This document shows positions 24,175-34,156 of a stretch of DNA of 62,544 bases, one piece after another. The translations under genes were made by a program, and so were the position numbers. The notes under the pieces were generated by a model. That model worked only from the letters and a program-made list of their open reading frames with translations, did no database searches and was not told the origin of the DNA. Numbering within the stretch: the first letter of the stretch is position 1; every line of letters starts with the position of its first letter. This stretch comes from a virus (lineage: Duplodnaviria > Caudoviricetes): IMG/VR virus record IMGVR_UViG_3300037502_000756, positions 1 through 62,544 of that record. One strand, given 5' to 3'.

Positions 24175-25701
24175 GTGTTGACCGACGCCGAACTCCAGTT
24201 CGCCTTGGCGAACATCAACAAGCTGACAACCACTGAGCAGGAACGGTTATTGGCGGTGCTAGAAGAGTTGGAGCGGCGAAAGTACGCAAAACGGTGCCAA
24301 GACGACCTGCTGACCTTCTGTCAGCACATGGACCCGACGTATATCGTCGCGGCTCATCATAAAAGACTAGCGGAGCTGTTGACAAACATAGCCTATGGCC
24401 TTAAAGACCGCATCGCGGTGTCAATTCCCCCTCGACACGGTAAGTCCCATCTCATCAGCACGTTGTTTCCAGCGTGGTTTTTGGGCAAATTCCCTAATAA
24501 GAAGGTGCTGATGGTCTCGCACACCGGCGATCTCGCCGTCGATTTTGGTCGAAAAGTGCGAAATATCATTGCAGACCCCCGCTATAAGTCCGTTTTCCCC
24601 GCCATTACCCTTGCACAAGACTCAAAAAGTGCTGGAAGGTGGTCAACTAACGCTGGTGGTGAGTATTTTGCCACTGGTGTCGGTGCCGCCCTCGCTGGTC
24701 GCGGTGCTGACCTGCTTTTAGTCGATGATCCGCACTCAGAACAAGACCTTTTGGCGGGAAATTTTGAGGAATTAGAGAAGACCTATCAATGGTTCGCTTT
24801 TGGCGCAAGAACTCGCCTCATGTCAGGGGGCAGAATCGCCGTTGTTCACACCCGCTGGCACCAGGATGACCTCATCGGACACTTAATCAAGGACGGTGCC
24901 AACAATCCCAAGGCAGATCAGTACGAAGTTTTTGAATTCCCCGCCATTCTTGACACCAATTCAGGGCCAAAAGCCCTCTGGCCGGAAAAGTTTGATCTTG
25001 ACGCCCTGGAGCGCACCAAAGCGTCTATGCCGCTGTTCCAGTGGAACGCGCAATATATGCAGAACCCGACAGGGGAGCAGGGTGCAATCATTCAACGGGA
25101 CTGGTGGAAGCCTTGGAAGCAAGAGAACCCACCGCAGTGCGACTTCATCATCATGACGCTGGACGCAGCGGCAGAGAAAAGCACCCGTGCTGACTTCACG
25201 TCGCTCTTGACTTGGGGCATTTTCAGCGATGACAATCTCACCAATGGTGAGCCGCACATCATCCTCATGAACGCTATCAACGTGCGCGTCGAGTTTCCCG
25301 AGTTGAAAGACCTCGCCATCCGCGAGTATCACGAGTGGGAGCCGGAAGCGTTCATCGTTGAGAAGAAGTCCAGTGGCACGCCCCTGTACCAAGAGTTGCG
25401 CCGCATGGGCATCCCCGTGCAAGAATTCACGCCTCACCGTGGCACCGGGGACAAGGTTGCTCGCCTGAGCGCCGTAGCTGACATCATCCGCAGCGGCATG
25501 GTATGGTACCCCGAGGGGCGACGGTGGGCTGAAGAGGTGATTGAGCAGTGCGTAGCGTTCCCGTTCGGCTCCCACGACGACATGGTTGACTGTACCTCGA
25601 TGGCTCTTGCACGCTTCCGTCAAGGGGGCTTTATCAGCCTGTCCTCCGACCTGCGAGACCCTGACATTTTCAACCGCCCACGCCGTGTGGCGTACTACTG
25701 A
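24175..25701 (+). CDS. terL: Terminase large subunit
   Basis: Walker A PPRHGKS, Walker B LLLVDD, TRWH.DDL.G, RNase H-fold LDAA / VEKKSSG / HDDMVD. Confidence 0.95.
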   Translation: MLTDAELQFALANINKLTTTEQERLLAVLEELERRKYAKRCQDDLLTFCQHMDPTYIVAAHHKRLAELLTNIAYGLKDRIAVSIPPRHGKSHLISTLFPAWFLGKFPNKKVLMVSHTGDLAVDFGRKVRNIIADPRYKSVFPAITLAQDSKSAGRWSTNAGGEYFATGVGAALAGRGADLLLVDDPHSEQDLLAGNFEELEKTYQWFAFGARTRLMSGGRIAVVHTRWHQDDLIGHLIKDGANNPKADQYEVFEFPAILDTNSGPKALWPEKFDLDALERTKASMPLFQWNAQYMQNPTGEQGAIIQRDWWKPWKQENPPQCDFIIMTLDAAAEKSTRADFTSLLTWGIFSDDNLTNGEPHIILMNAINVRVEFPELKDLAIREYHEWEPEAFIVEKKSSGTPLYQELRRMGIPVQEFTPHRGTGDKVARLSAVADIIRSGMVWYPEGRRWAEEVIEQCVAFPFGSHDDMVDCTSMALARFRQGGFISLSSDLRDPDIFNRPRRVAYY

Positions 25702-25710
25702 GCCAACACC

Positions 25711-25989
25711 ATGCCTATCACCACCAAATTCATGGGGAAGAACCAGCTAGTTGACCGGCTCGCCGCTCAGCTCAGCGCCAGTGGGATGCAGGGTGATGCC
25801 CGCGAAGCGGCGGTGAACATCCTTCAGAAGCGTGGGCACATGGACGAGAAGGGCAACCTGACCGCCGCAGGCCGTGCGCGTGACAACATGACCGCAGAAG
25901 AGCGTGCCATCGACCGTGCCAAGAAGGCCAGTCCTGGCGGCAAATTCGTGTACAACCCCAAGACCAACCGTGCGACGAAACGTCGCTGA
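25711..25989 (+). CDS. Small basic hypothetical protein
   Basis: G.LT..G..R..MTAEERA.DRA...YNPKTNRAT. Confidence 0.65.
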   Translation: MPITTKFMGKNQLVDRLAAQLSASGMQGDAREAAVNILQKRGHMDEKGNLTAAGRARDNMTAEERAIDRAKKASPGGKFVYNPKTNRATKRR

Positions 25990-26013
25990 CCCCTAACACC
26001 CCCGGAGCCCATC

Positions 26014-28470
26014 ATGGCGACAAATATCGACAAAGCGTTGTACTCGACGGGCCTGCCGCCTGTACCGGGGCTGGAGGCACCAGAGGTGCCCGACATTGAG
26101 ATCGAGATCGAGAATCCCGACAGTGTCACTGTCGGTGCCGATGGTCTTGAGATCACTCTCACCCCGGGCGATGATGATCTTGACGAAGGGTTCGAGGCTA
26201 ACCTTGCCGACACCCTTGACGAGGGTACGCTTGAGGAGATTTCAGGCAACTTGTTGGGCGACTACGACAACGACATTAGCAGTCGGAAGGACTGGGAAGA
26301 GACCTACGCTGATGGTCTGAAGCTCCTGGGGCTGAAGTATGAAGAGCGCACTGAGCCGTGGTCTGGTGCCTGTGGCGTCTTCTCGCCCATCCTCACTGAA
26401 GCGGTGGTGCGCTTCCAGAGCGAGGCCATCATGGAGTCGTTCCCGGCGCAAGGCCCGGTGAAGACCAACATCATTGGAAAGCATACTCGACAGAAAGAAG
26501 ACGCTGCAGCGCGGGTGCAGGCGGATATGAACTACCAGTTGACGGAAGTCATGGTGGAGTACCGCCCTGAGCATGAGAAGATGCTCTGGAACCTGCCAAT
26601 CTCCGGTTCTGCCTTCAAAAAGGTCTACTTCGACCCCAACCTTGACCGTCAGATCTCGACCTTTATCCCCGCCGAGGACGTTGTCCTGCCATACGGCACC
26701 TCGGAGCTAGCCTCGTGCCCGCGCATCACGCACCGGATGAGGAAGACCAAGAACGACATCCTGCGCCTCCAACACGCTGGGTTCTACCGCGACATCGACA
26801 TCGGTGAGCCCAACAAGAACGTTGATGAGATTCAAAAGCGCAAGGATGAGGAGACGGGGTTCGCCGCTACCCATGATGATCGGTTCCTACTGCTGGAAAT
26901 GCACGTCGAGCTGAGCATTCCGGGCGATGAGCACAAGGACAAGGACGGTAACCCCACCGCCATCGAGCGGCCCTACGTCGTCACCGTGATCAAGGACACG
27001 GGTGCGGTGCTTGCCATTCGGCGGAACTGGCTTGAGGATGATCTCACCTACCAGCCGCGTCAGCACTTCGTGCACTACCAGTACATCCCAGGCTTCGGGG
27101 CCTACGGGTTCGGGCTGATCCATCTCATCGGGGGCGCGGCCAAGAGCGCCACGAGCCTGACTCGCCAGCTTGTCGATGCGGGGACTCTGAGTAACCTCCC
27201 GGGAGGGCTGAAGGCCCGGGGGTTGAGAATCAAAGGCGACGACACTCCCATCGCGCCGGGGGAGTTCAGGGACGTGGACGTGACTTCAGGCACGGTGCGG
27301 GACAACATCATGCCCCTGCCCTACAAGGAGCCGTCTCAGACGCTCCTGGGGCTGCTGAATGGCATCGTGGAGGAGGCTCGACGGTTCGCCGCCACGGCGG
27401 ACATGAAGGTCAGCGACATGTCGGCCCAGGCCCCGGTGGGCACCACCCTGGCGCTGCTGGAGCGCCAACTCAAGATCATGTCGGCGGTGCAGGCGCGGCT
27501 GCACTTCTCGATGAAGCAGGAGCTGAAGCTCCTGAAGGCGATCATCGCGGACTTCGCCCCGGAGAGCTACGACTACGAGCCCGACACGGCGGTGCCGCGT
27601 GCGCGGCGCAGCGACTACTCCCTGGTAGAGGTGATCCCGGTCAGTGATCCGAACGCCGCCACGATGAGCCAGCGGGTGGTGCAGTACCAAGCTGCGCTGC
27701 AGCTTTCGACCCAGGCTCCGCAGATCTACAACCTGCCACGACTCCACCGCCAGATGTTGGAGGTGCTGGGGATCAAGAACGCGGACAAGATCGTGGAGCT
27801 ACCCGAGGACAAACGCCCGGAAGACCCCATCACCGAGAACATGGCCGTGCTGCGTGGCAAGCCCGTCAAGGCGTTCGCGTACCAAGACCACGAGGCGCAC
27901 CTCGCCGCGCATCAGGCGTTCATGCAAGATCCGAAGGTCATGATGGCTATCGGTCAGAACCCGATGGCGCAGCAGATGATGGCTGCGCTCATGGCCCACA
28001 TCGCGGAGCACGCTGGGTTCTCGTACCGGGCACAGGTGGAGATGTCGCTGGGGGTGCCGCTGCCCGCGCTGGACGAGGATGAGACCGCGCCAATCTCGCC
28101 CGAGGACGAGAAGGCCCTTGCCCCGCTGCTGGCCGCTGCCGCGCAACGCACGCTGGTGATGAACCAAGCCCAGGCGGCGCAGCAAGCCGCTCAACAGCAG
28201 GCTCAGAACCCTGAGCTTCAGATTGCCCAGGCAGAGCTACAACTCAAGGAGCGCGACAGTCAGCGGAAGGCTCAGAACGACCAGATGGACTACCAAGTGG
28301 CGATGGAGCGCCTGAGGCTCGACCGCGAACGCCTCATGTCGGAGAACCAGAAGGCCACCATCAAGACTGTCGTTGACAAACAAAACAAGGATGCGGATCG
28401 CGCCGTCAAAGTGTTCACTGCCTCACGCCCACGCCCTGTACCTAACCGCAACGGCAACCCTGGGAGCTAA
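26014..28470 (+). CDS. Portal protein
   Basis: 818 aa, follows TerL. EAVVRFQ, GSAFKKVY, FG.YGFGL motifs and a Gln-rich C-terminal coiled barrel. Confidence 0.88.
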   Translation: MATNIDKALYSTGLPPVPGLEAPEVPDIEIEIENPDSVTVGADGLEITLTPGDDDLDEGFEANLADTLDEGTLEEISGNLLGDYDNDISSRKDWEETYADGLKLLGLKYEERTEPWSGACGVFSPILTEAVVRFQSEAIMESFPAQGPVKTNIIGKHTRQKEDAAARVQADMNYQLTEVMVEYRPEHEKMLWNLPISGSAFKKVYFDPNLDRQISTFIPAEDVVLPYGTSELASCPRITHRMRKTKNDILRLQHAGFYRDIDIGEPNKNVDEIQKRKDEETGFAATHDDRFLLLEMHVELSIPGDEHKDKDGNPTAIERPYVVTVIKDTGAVLAIRRNWLEDDLTYQPRQHFVHYQYIPGFGAYGFGLIHLIGGAAKSATSLTRQLVDAGTLSNLPGGLKARGLRIKGDDTPIAPGEFRDVDVTSGTVRDNIMPLPYKEPSQTLLGLLNGIVEEARRFAATADMKVSDMSAQAPVGTTLALLERQLKIMSAVQARLHFSMKQELKLLKAIIADFAPESYDYEPDTAVPRARRSDYSLVEVIPVSDPNAATMSQRVVQYQAALQLSTQAPQIYNLPRLHRQMLEVLGIKNADKIVELPEDKRPEDPITENMAVLRGKPVKAFAYQDHEAHLAAHQAFMQDPKVMMAIGQNPMAQQMMAALMAHIAEHAGFSYRAQVEMSLGVPLPALDEDETAPISPEDEKALAPLLAAAAQRTLVMNQAQAAQQAAQQQAQNPELQIAQAELQLKERDSQRKAQNDQMDYQVAMERLRLDRERLMSENQKATIKTVVDKQNKDADRAVKVFTASRPRPVPNRNGNPGS

Positions 28471-28473
28471 AAC

Positions 28474-28668
28474 ATGGACGAGAAGATCCTGATGGTGCTG
28501 CGCACCAAGATCCGCGAGCAACTCAACAACATGGCCGACAACATCGCCGGAGGCTCCGCCAAAGACTTTGGTGAGTACCGCTACGCTTGTGGCGTCATCC
28601 ACGGCTTAACACTTGCCGAGCGCGAACTCCTCGACCTCATTGAGGTCGCCAAACGCAACGACGATTAA
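28474..28668 (+). CDS. Conserved hypothetical protein
   Basis: G.AKDF.EY...CG.I.GL motif, between portal and GroES. Confidence 0.7.
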   Translation: MDEKILMVLRTKIREQLNNMADNIAGGSAKDFGEYRYACGVIHGLTLAERELLDLIEVAKRNDD

Positions 28669-28752
28669 CCCCCAACCCCGGGTCTTCGACCCGGACCACA
28701 CGCCGTGGTGCTCGGGCAAGCCACGGTGCCAACTTGCCCGCAAGAGAGAACC

Positions 28753-29124
28753 ATGATTGATGAAGTCAATGACACCTTCGACGCCGAAAAGGCTCACCAA
28801 CTGCCTGAACCCTCGGGCTACAAGCTCCTGTGTGCCCTCCCGGAGGTGGAGGACAAATACGAGAGCGGCATCCTGAAGGCGGACACGACCGTTCGTGTCG
28901 AGGAGCACAGCACCGTGGTGCTGTTCGTGCTCAAGGCGGGCCCCCAAGCCTATGGCGACGTGGACAAGTTCCCCAGTGGCCCCTGGTGCAAAGAAGGCGA
29001 TTTCGTCATCACCCGCGCCTACGCGGGCACGCGCTTCAAGATTCACGGTCGTGAGTTCCGTCTGATCAACGACGATCAGGTGGAGGCTGTGGTGCAAGAC
29101 CCTCGTGGGATCACGCGAGCATGA
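28753..29124 (+). CDS. groES: Co-chaperonin GroES-like protein
   Basis: P.GYKLL, SGIL, GP.AY, K.GDFV..RAYAG, RLINDDQV.AVV. Confidence 0.85.
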   Translation: MIDEVNDTFDAEKAHQLPEPSGYKLLCALPEVEDKYESGILKADTTVRVEEHSTVVLFVLKAGPQAYGDVDKFPSGPWCKEGDFVITRAYAGTRFKIHGREFRLINDDQVEAVVQDPRGITRA

Positions 29125-29357
29125 AGCCCCCAATTGAAGAAAATGAGTTCCTGGGCGTAACAGATGATTTCTTCTGGTACGAATTAACGCAGATGTCGGA
29201 GCAGCTTCGCAAGTTGGCAAACCGCTTCGAGAACATGGAGCGCGTACTGAAGGCTCGTTCTTACGAACAGAACACGTATCTCCATTATTTGGAAACCCAA
29301 AAACGTGAACTGAAGGCAGAAGTTGAACTGCTGAGGAGCAAAGATGAGCGAATTTAA
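29121..29357 (+). CDS. Hypothetical coiled-coil protein
   Basis: ATGA overlap upstream and overlaps the scaffold start. Confidence 0.55.
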   Translation: MKPPIEENEFLGVTDDFFWYELTQMSEQLRKLANRFENMERVLKARSYEQNTYLHYLETQKRELKAEVELLRSKDERI

Positions 29358-30294
29358 GTTCCCTGACGAGGTCGAGCCCAAGGACGACAAAACCACCGAC
29401 AAGGTGGATTTCGAGGTTGAAGACGAGACTCAGATCGAGATCGTTGACGACACCCCCGAGCAAGACAAGGGCCGCAAGCCCTTGGAGAAGCCTGTAGAGG
29501 AGCCCACGGACGACGAACTGGCGCAGTACGGTGAGAAGGTCCGTACTCGGATCAAGGAGCTGACGCACGCCCGCCACGACGAGCGCCGTGCCAAGGAGGC
29601 ACTGGAGCGGCAGCATCAGGAAGCCGTCCGCGCTGCGCAAACGCTGTTTGAAGAAAACAAGAAGCTGAAGACTCAGGTCAGCACTGGTACGACGGCTTTT
29701 GTCTCGCAGGCTCAACGTCTGGCGGATGTCGAGGTGGAGAAGGCCAAGGCGGCGCTGAAGGCTGCACACGAGGCCGGAGACACTGAGGCGTTTGTCGAAG
29801 CACAGACCAAGCTCAACGAAGCGGTGTTCATGCAGCAGCGGGTAAAGGCATTGAAGCCCACCCCCTTGCAATCCGAAGAACAACGTGCTAACGTTGCGCC
29901 CCAACAGCCATCGCAACAAGCGCCGGTTCCGCAGATCGACTCAGCCACTGAGGCTTGGAAGCAACGGAACCCGTGGTTCGGGCAAGACGATGAGATGACG
30001 AGTCTTGCGATGGGCGTGCATAACCGACTCGTCAGGTCCGGGCACACCCCGGGGTCGAAAGAGTACTTCGATACCATCGACTCCAGGCTCCGGCAGATCT
30101 TCCCGGACAAGTTTGAGGCTCCCAAGCCTGAAGCGGCCAAACGGCCCGCAACCGTCGTAGCACCGACGCAAAGAGCTACGTCAGCCAAGAAGATTCGGTT
30201 GACGCAATCGCAAGTAGCAATCGCCCGACGCCTCGGCGTCCCCTTGGAAGAGTATGCCCGCAACGTGGCAAAACTGGAGCAACAGAATGGCTGA
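29344..30294 (+). CDS. Capsid scaffolding protein
   Basis: Acidic N-terminus, coiled coil, W...NPWFG, C-terminal LT.SQVAIARRLGVPLEEYA. Confidence 0.75.
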   Translation: MSEFKFPDEVEPKDDKTTDKVDFEVEDETQIEIVDDTPEQDKGRKPLEKPVEEPTDDELAQYGEKVRTRIKELTHARHDERRAKEALERQHQEAVRAAQTLFEENKKLKTQVSTGTTAFVSQAQRLADVEVEKAKAALKAAHEAGDTEAFVEAQTKLNEAVFMQQRVKALKPTPLQSEEQRANVAPQQPSQQAPVPQIDSATEAWKQRNPWFGQDDEMTSLAMGVHNRLVRSGHTPGSKEYFDTIDSRLRQIFPDKFEAPKPEAAKRPATVVAPTQRATSAKKIRLTQSQVAIARRLGVPLEEYARNVAKLEQQNG

Positions 30295-30730
30295 GACCCG
30301 CACGCCCCGAGAACTCGCTACCCGCGAGAAGACGCAGCGTCGTTGGCGTCCAGCTTCTGTCTTGCCCGAGCCGACCCCGGAGCCCGGTATGGGCCATCGG
30401 TGGGTGATGACACATCTGGTTGGGGAGTCTCAGCCAACGAATGTGTCGCAACGACTGCGTGAGGGTTACGAGCCCGTCAAGGCAGAAGATCACCCTGAGT
30501 TGGCTTATGAAGCCAACGCCAAAACGGGGAACATCGAAGTCGGTGGTTTGATGCTATGCAAGATGCCGCAGGAAATGTTGGATGAGCGCACCGCGTTCTA
30601 CGCCAATATGACCAACAGCCAAGCAAGTTCGGTGAACAGCAAGTTCACCAGTCAAAGTGATCCTCGCATGCCGTTGTTCTCCGAACAGAAGAGCAGCACG
30701 TCGCGTGGGTCTTTCGGTAACGGTTCCTGA
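30287..30730 (+). CDS. Conserved head-module protein
   Basis: L.EP.P.PG..HRW...N.S.RLREGYEPV...GGLMLCK.P. Confidence 0.7.
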   Translation: MAETRTPRELATREKTQRRWRPASVLPEPTPEPGMGHRWVMTHLVGESQPTNVSQRLREGYEPVKAEDHPELAYEANAKTGNIEVGGLMLCKMPQEMLDERTAFYANMTNSQASSVNSKFTSQSDPRMPLFSEQKSSTSRGSFGNGS

Positions 30731-30741
30731 TAGGAGCAAAC

Positions 30742-31668
30742 ATGGCTTATCCCATCATCGACGGGCCCTACGGCCTACAGCCGATCAACCTGCGTGGCGG
30801 TATTCCGTTCGCCGGGTCTACTCGGATGATCCCCATCGGTCAAGGCTACAACACGGGTCTCTTCACGGGCGATGTGGTCGGTCTGTCCGCTGGCAACACC
30901 ATCATCACCCCGTACAACGCCAACACGCGCACCGCTGCTACGGCGGGTGACATCATCGGTGTGTTCCTTGGTTGCGAGTACACCCCGGCTGGTGGCCCGA
31001 TCTTCGGCAAGCTGCGCAACGAGCAGTGGCCTGCCGGGACCAACGCCCCGGATGCGGTGGCCTACGTCGTGGACGACCCCAATGCCCTGTTCAAGGCTGT
31101 GGTGGTCACCCAGGCTCAAGGCTCGGCCAACACCCAGGCCAACACCGGGACGACCGTCGGCTACATGTCGCCGTCGTTCTTGGGCTCCAACGCCTTCCTC
31201 GTTGCAGGAAACGCGGGCAGCACCACGACGGGCAACTCGACAATGGCTGTGTCGGGCGCAAACCCCACGGTGTCCTCGTCGGTGGCTGGCAACATCCGCC
31301 AGACGGTTGGCACGGGCTCGGCCACCTCGCCCTGCCTGCGCGTGATTCAGCTTGTCCCTGACACGGCTGTCACGGTGCAGACGGCGCTGTCCTCGTCCCC
31401 TGCGGGCGCTACGACCTTCACGGTTTCCTCGACCGTAGGCATCCAGCCGGGTATGCAGTGCGTCATCGCTGGCATCAGCGGCACCACGGCGGGTTCCCCG
31501 GGCAGCAACTTGACGGTCACGGGCGTGGTCACTTCGACCTCGACTATCACTGTCAGCGCCAACGTCACGGCCACCAGCGGTGTTTCGGTCAGCTTCGTCG
31601 GCTACCCCGAAGTCATCGTCGGCTGGAACTTCGGCTATCACTCGTACCTGCTCGCCGCTGGCGTCTAA
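30742..31668 (+). CDS. Capsid-associated (decoration/cement) protein
   Basis: GPYGL.P, F.GD.V, GVF.GC.Y, YV.DDP..LF, beta-rich, immediately upstream of the MCP. Confidence 0.65.
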   Translation: MAYPIIDGPYGLQPINLRGGIPFAGSTRMIPIGQGYNTGLFTGDVVGLSAGNTIITPYNANTRTAATAGDIIGVFLGCEYTPAGGPIFGKLRNEQWPAGTNAPDAVAYVVDDPNALFKAVVVTQAQGSANTQANTGTTVGYMSPSFLGSNAFLVAGNAGSTTTGNSTMAVSGANPTVSSSVAGNIRQTVGTGSATSPCLRVIQLVPDTAVTVQTALSSSPAGATTFTVSSTVGIQPGMQCVIAGISGTTAGSPGSNLTVTGVVTSTSTITVSANVTATSGVSVSFVGYPEVIVGWNFGYHSYLLAAGV

Positions 31669-31680
31669 GGAGCATCCATC

Positions 31681-32592
31681 ATGGCAATTTCTCGTGCACA
31701 ACTACTGAAGGAACTGCTCCCTGGTCTGAACGCCCTGTTCGGTCTGGAGTACAAGCGCTACGGCGAAGAGCACAAGGAGATCTACGAAACGGAGACCTCC
31801 GACCGTTCCTTCGAGGAGGAGACCAAGCTCGCTGGTTTCTCCGCTGCCCCGGTGAAGAACGAAGGTCAGGCGATCCGCTACGACAATGCCCAAGAGGCGT
31901 GGACGGCGCGGTACAACCACGAGACCATCGCTATGGGTTTCTCCATCACCGAGGAGGCGATGGAAGACAATCTGTACGACAGTCTGAGCACCCGCTACAC
32001 CAAGGCTCTGGCCCGGGCAATGTCCTACTCCAAGCAGGTCAAGGCCGCGAACATCCTGAACAATGGCTTCAACGCTGCCTTCCCGGGTGGTGATGGGGTC
32101 AGCCTGTTCTCGACGGCGCACCCGCTGACCTCTGGTGGCACCAACAGCAACCGCCCCACGGTGGCCTCGGATCTGAACGAGACCTCTTTGGAGGCCGCGG
32201 TGATCCAGATTGCTGCGTGGACGGACGAAAAGGGCCTGCTGATCGCTGCCAAGCCCCGGAAGCTGATCGTTCCTCCGGCCCTGATGTTCGTTGCAACGCG
32301 CCTGCTGGAGACCAATCTCCGGGTGGGTACGACTGACAACGACATCAACGCGCTGAAGAACAACGGCAGCATCCCAGAAGGGTATGCCGTGAACCACTTC
32401 CTGACCGACACGAACGCTTGGTTCCTCAAGACCGACGTTCCGAACGGCCTGAAGCACTTCGTGCGTGTGCCCCTGGCGACTTCGATGGACGCCGACTTCG
32501 ACACGGGGAACAACCGCTACAAGGCGCGAGAGCGTTACTCGTTCGGATGGTCTGATCCCTTGGGGATGTTTGCTTCCCCCGGCGCAAGCTGA
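31681..32592 (+). CDS. Major capsid protein (Mu gpT-like HK97 fold)
   Basis: MAISRAQLLKELLPGLNALFGLEY; DGVSLFSTAHPL; LIVPPAL; YKARERYSFGWSDP. Strong RBS. Confidence 0.92.
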   Translation: MAISRAQLLKELLPGLNALFGLEYKRYGEEHKEIYETETSDRSFEEETKLAGFSAAPVKNEGQAIRYDNAQEAWTARYNHETIAMGFSITEEAMEDNLYDSLSTRYTKALARAMSYSKQVKAANILNNGFNAAFPGGDGVSLFSTAHPLTSGGTNSNRPTVASDLNETSLEAAVIQIAAWTDEKGLLIAAKPRKLIVPPALMFVATRLLETNLRVGTTDNDINALKNNGSIPEGYAVNHFLTDTNAWFLKTDVPNGLKHFVRVPLATSMDADFDTGNNRYKARERYSFGWSDPLGMFASPGAS

Positions 32593-32644
32593 ACCAGAAC
32601 AAACCCCGCACGCCTCTCAACGATGCGCACCAGCGGGGTTCCTC

Positions 32645-32672
32645 AAGGCCCCTTTGGGGGCCTTTTCTTTTT
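32645..32672 (+). terminator. Intrinsic terminator after the MCP
   Basis: AAGGCCCC-TTTG-GGGGCCTT followed by TTCTTTTT. Confidence 0.85.
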
Positions 32673-32687
32673 GGCCCGAGTATGCTA

Positions 32688-32758
32688 GGCTCGGGCTTGC
32701 CCGAGACCAACTTCCCTACCGACCGACTCGGCGGACTCGTCCTCAAGACGGCGCAGGC
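32688..32758 (+). ncRNA. Candidate capsid-downstream structured RNA (possibly the Mu-gpT-DE motif)
   Basis: Alternative pairings CCGAG/CUCGG and a CGUC-CUCAA-GACG stem. Lies downstream of a gpT-like gene and is preceded by a TATGCT -10-like hexamer. Confidence 0.45.
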
Positions 32759-32760
32759 TG

Positions 32761-32798
32761 ACAAAACCCTTGACGGGGTTTTGTTTTTAGGCTAGTAT
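32761..32798 (+). promoter_or_regulatory. Promoter TTGACG-N17-TAGTAT embedded in a terminator-like hairpin
   Basis: ACAAAACCC-TTGACG-GGGTTTTGT followed by Ts. The -35 forms the loop. Confidence 0.55.
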
Positions 32799-32822
32799 GG
32801 CGTTCAGGAGATTTTGGCCCTT

Positions 32823-33560
32823 ATGCCCTACGCAACACAGCATACTGGTGTATACCGCATAGTCAACCATGCGGAGCGACTGTGTTATGTTGGTTCGTCC
32901 CGCAATTTGTTTAAGCGCCGAGCGGAGCATTTCCGTCTTCTTCGCAGGGGGGAACATCCAAACGAACGTCTTCAAACCGCCTTTAACGTCTACGGAGAAG
33001 ATGTATTTGAGTGGATTGAAGAGGCATCTTGCACGGAAGAGCAGGACGCTAGAGAGATAGAACTGCTGGTACTTAAAGGTGAGCTTACGTTTGAAGAAGC
33101 CCCCGGTTACAACATTGCCTTAGATGCATTCCCCATGATGGGGCGATTGCATAGTGACTACACAAAGCAAAAAATTTCAGAGACCAAGCGGGCACAAGCC
33201 AAAGCACTAACGCCAAACGAAGCGAAGCATCTAGCGCAAGCGCAAACTGACAGACGCCTCAAAGACCCCGCACACCGGGCCAAAATCGAATATGTGGTCA
33301 ACAATGACCACCTGTCTTACGCCGAACGGGCAAGAGTTGTCGGGCTCCAGCCTTCTTCTGTTCGCAAACTGTACTTGCAGCACGCCGCTGCTTATGGTAA
33401 AACGCCACCGCCCCGGCGTTTAAGCTACGACCGGGGCGTCTCGGACAAGGTTGAGTTCATCCGGTCCAACCCGGACAAGACTTTTAAGACGCTCGCCAGA
33501 GAGCTAGGATGTTCCGCAAACAGCGTCAGTGTTCTGGCTAGACGCTACAAACTGAGGTGA
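32823..33560 (+). mobile_element. Free-standing GIY-YIG homing endonuclease with NUMOD3 and HTH-like repeats
   Basis: GVYRIVN...YVGSS.NL.KR..EH; YNI; GRLHSDYTKQKISE. Confidence 0.88.
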
Positions 33561-33564
33561 CCAT

Positions 33565-34038
33565 ATGTTCTCGACCTTCTCCGGCCCGATCCGCTCGGGC
33601 ACCCAGCGTTACGGCGCTGGCCGCAACACGGGCCTTGTTGTCCTGACTCAATCGCTCGACACGGGCGTCGTGACGGCGGGCACGGGCAACGTGGATCTGC
33701 CGCTGGGCATCCTGCCCCAGGGTTCGCAGATTGTGGACATCGCGGTCGATCAGATCGTGGTCCCGGGCGGAACTTCGACCTCGACGGTGTCGGTGGGCAA
33801 CACTTCGGGCGGTGCCGAGTTGATGGCGGCGGTTGTCACCACGGGCGGTGGGCGGTTCCGGGGCACTTCGACCACGGCGACACAGCTTGCTTGGCAGACC
33901 TCGACCACGGCGGACACGCCGGTCTTTGTGCGCTACGCGGTGGGAGTCGCAGCGGGTGTAGGGCGGGCTGTCATCACGGTGAGCTACGTCCAGCGTGCTC
34001 CGAACGGCGCTCAGAATCCCACCACGTTCGAGAACTAA
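33565..34038 (+). CDS. Virion structural protein
   Basis: STFSGPIRSG N-terminus, LP.GSQIVDI, beta-rich. Confidence 0.7.
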   Translation: MFSTFSGPIRSGTQRYGAGRNTGLVVLTQSLDTGVVTAGTGNVDLPLGILPQGSQIVDIAVDQIVVPGGTSTSTVSVGNTSGGAELMAAVVTTGGGRFRGTSTTATQLAWQTSTTADTPVFVRYAVGVAAGVGRAVITVSYVQRAPNGAQNPTTFEN

Positions 34039-34082
34039 GTCCATAAGCCCCGCCTCTTGACGGGGCGGGGCAGGAGCCCCGC

Positions 34083-34156
34083 ATGGCAAAGACCAACTTT
34101 AGCCCCGCGCTTCGCGCGTCCCGGGAGTGCTAGATGGCAAAGACCAACTTTAGCCC
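34083..34156 (+). repeat. 23-bp duplication of a gene start creating an in-frame 16-codon uORF
   Basis: ATGGCAAAGACCAACTTTAGCCC at 34083 and 34134. The first copy ends at a TAG immediately before the second ATG. Confidence 0.9.

Noticed and set aside
28606-32513. Long antisense ORFs (28606-29919, 30775-31701, 31702-32457 and similar elsewhere)
   Set aside because: Shadow frames of GC-rich, codon-biased genes on the opposite strand.
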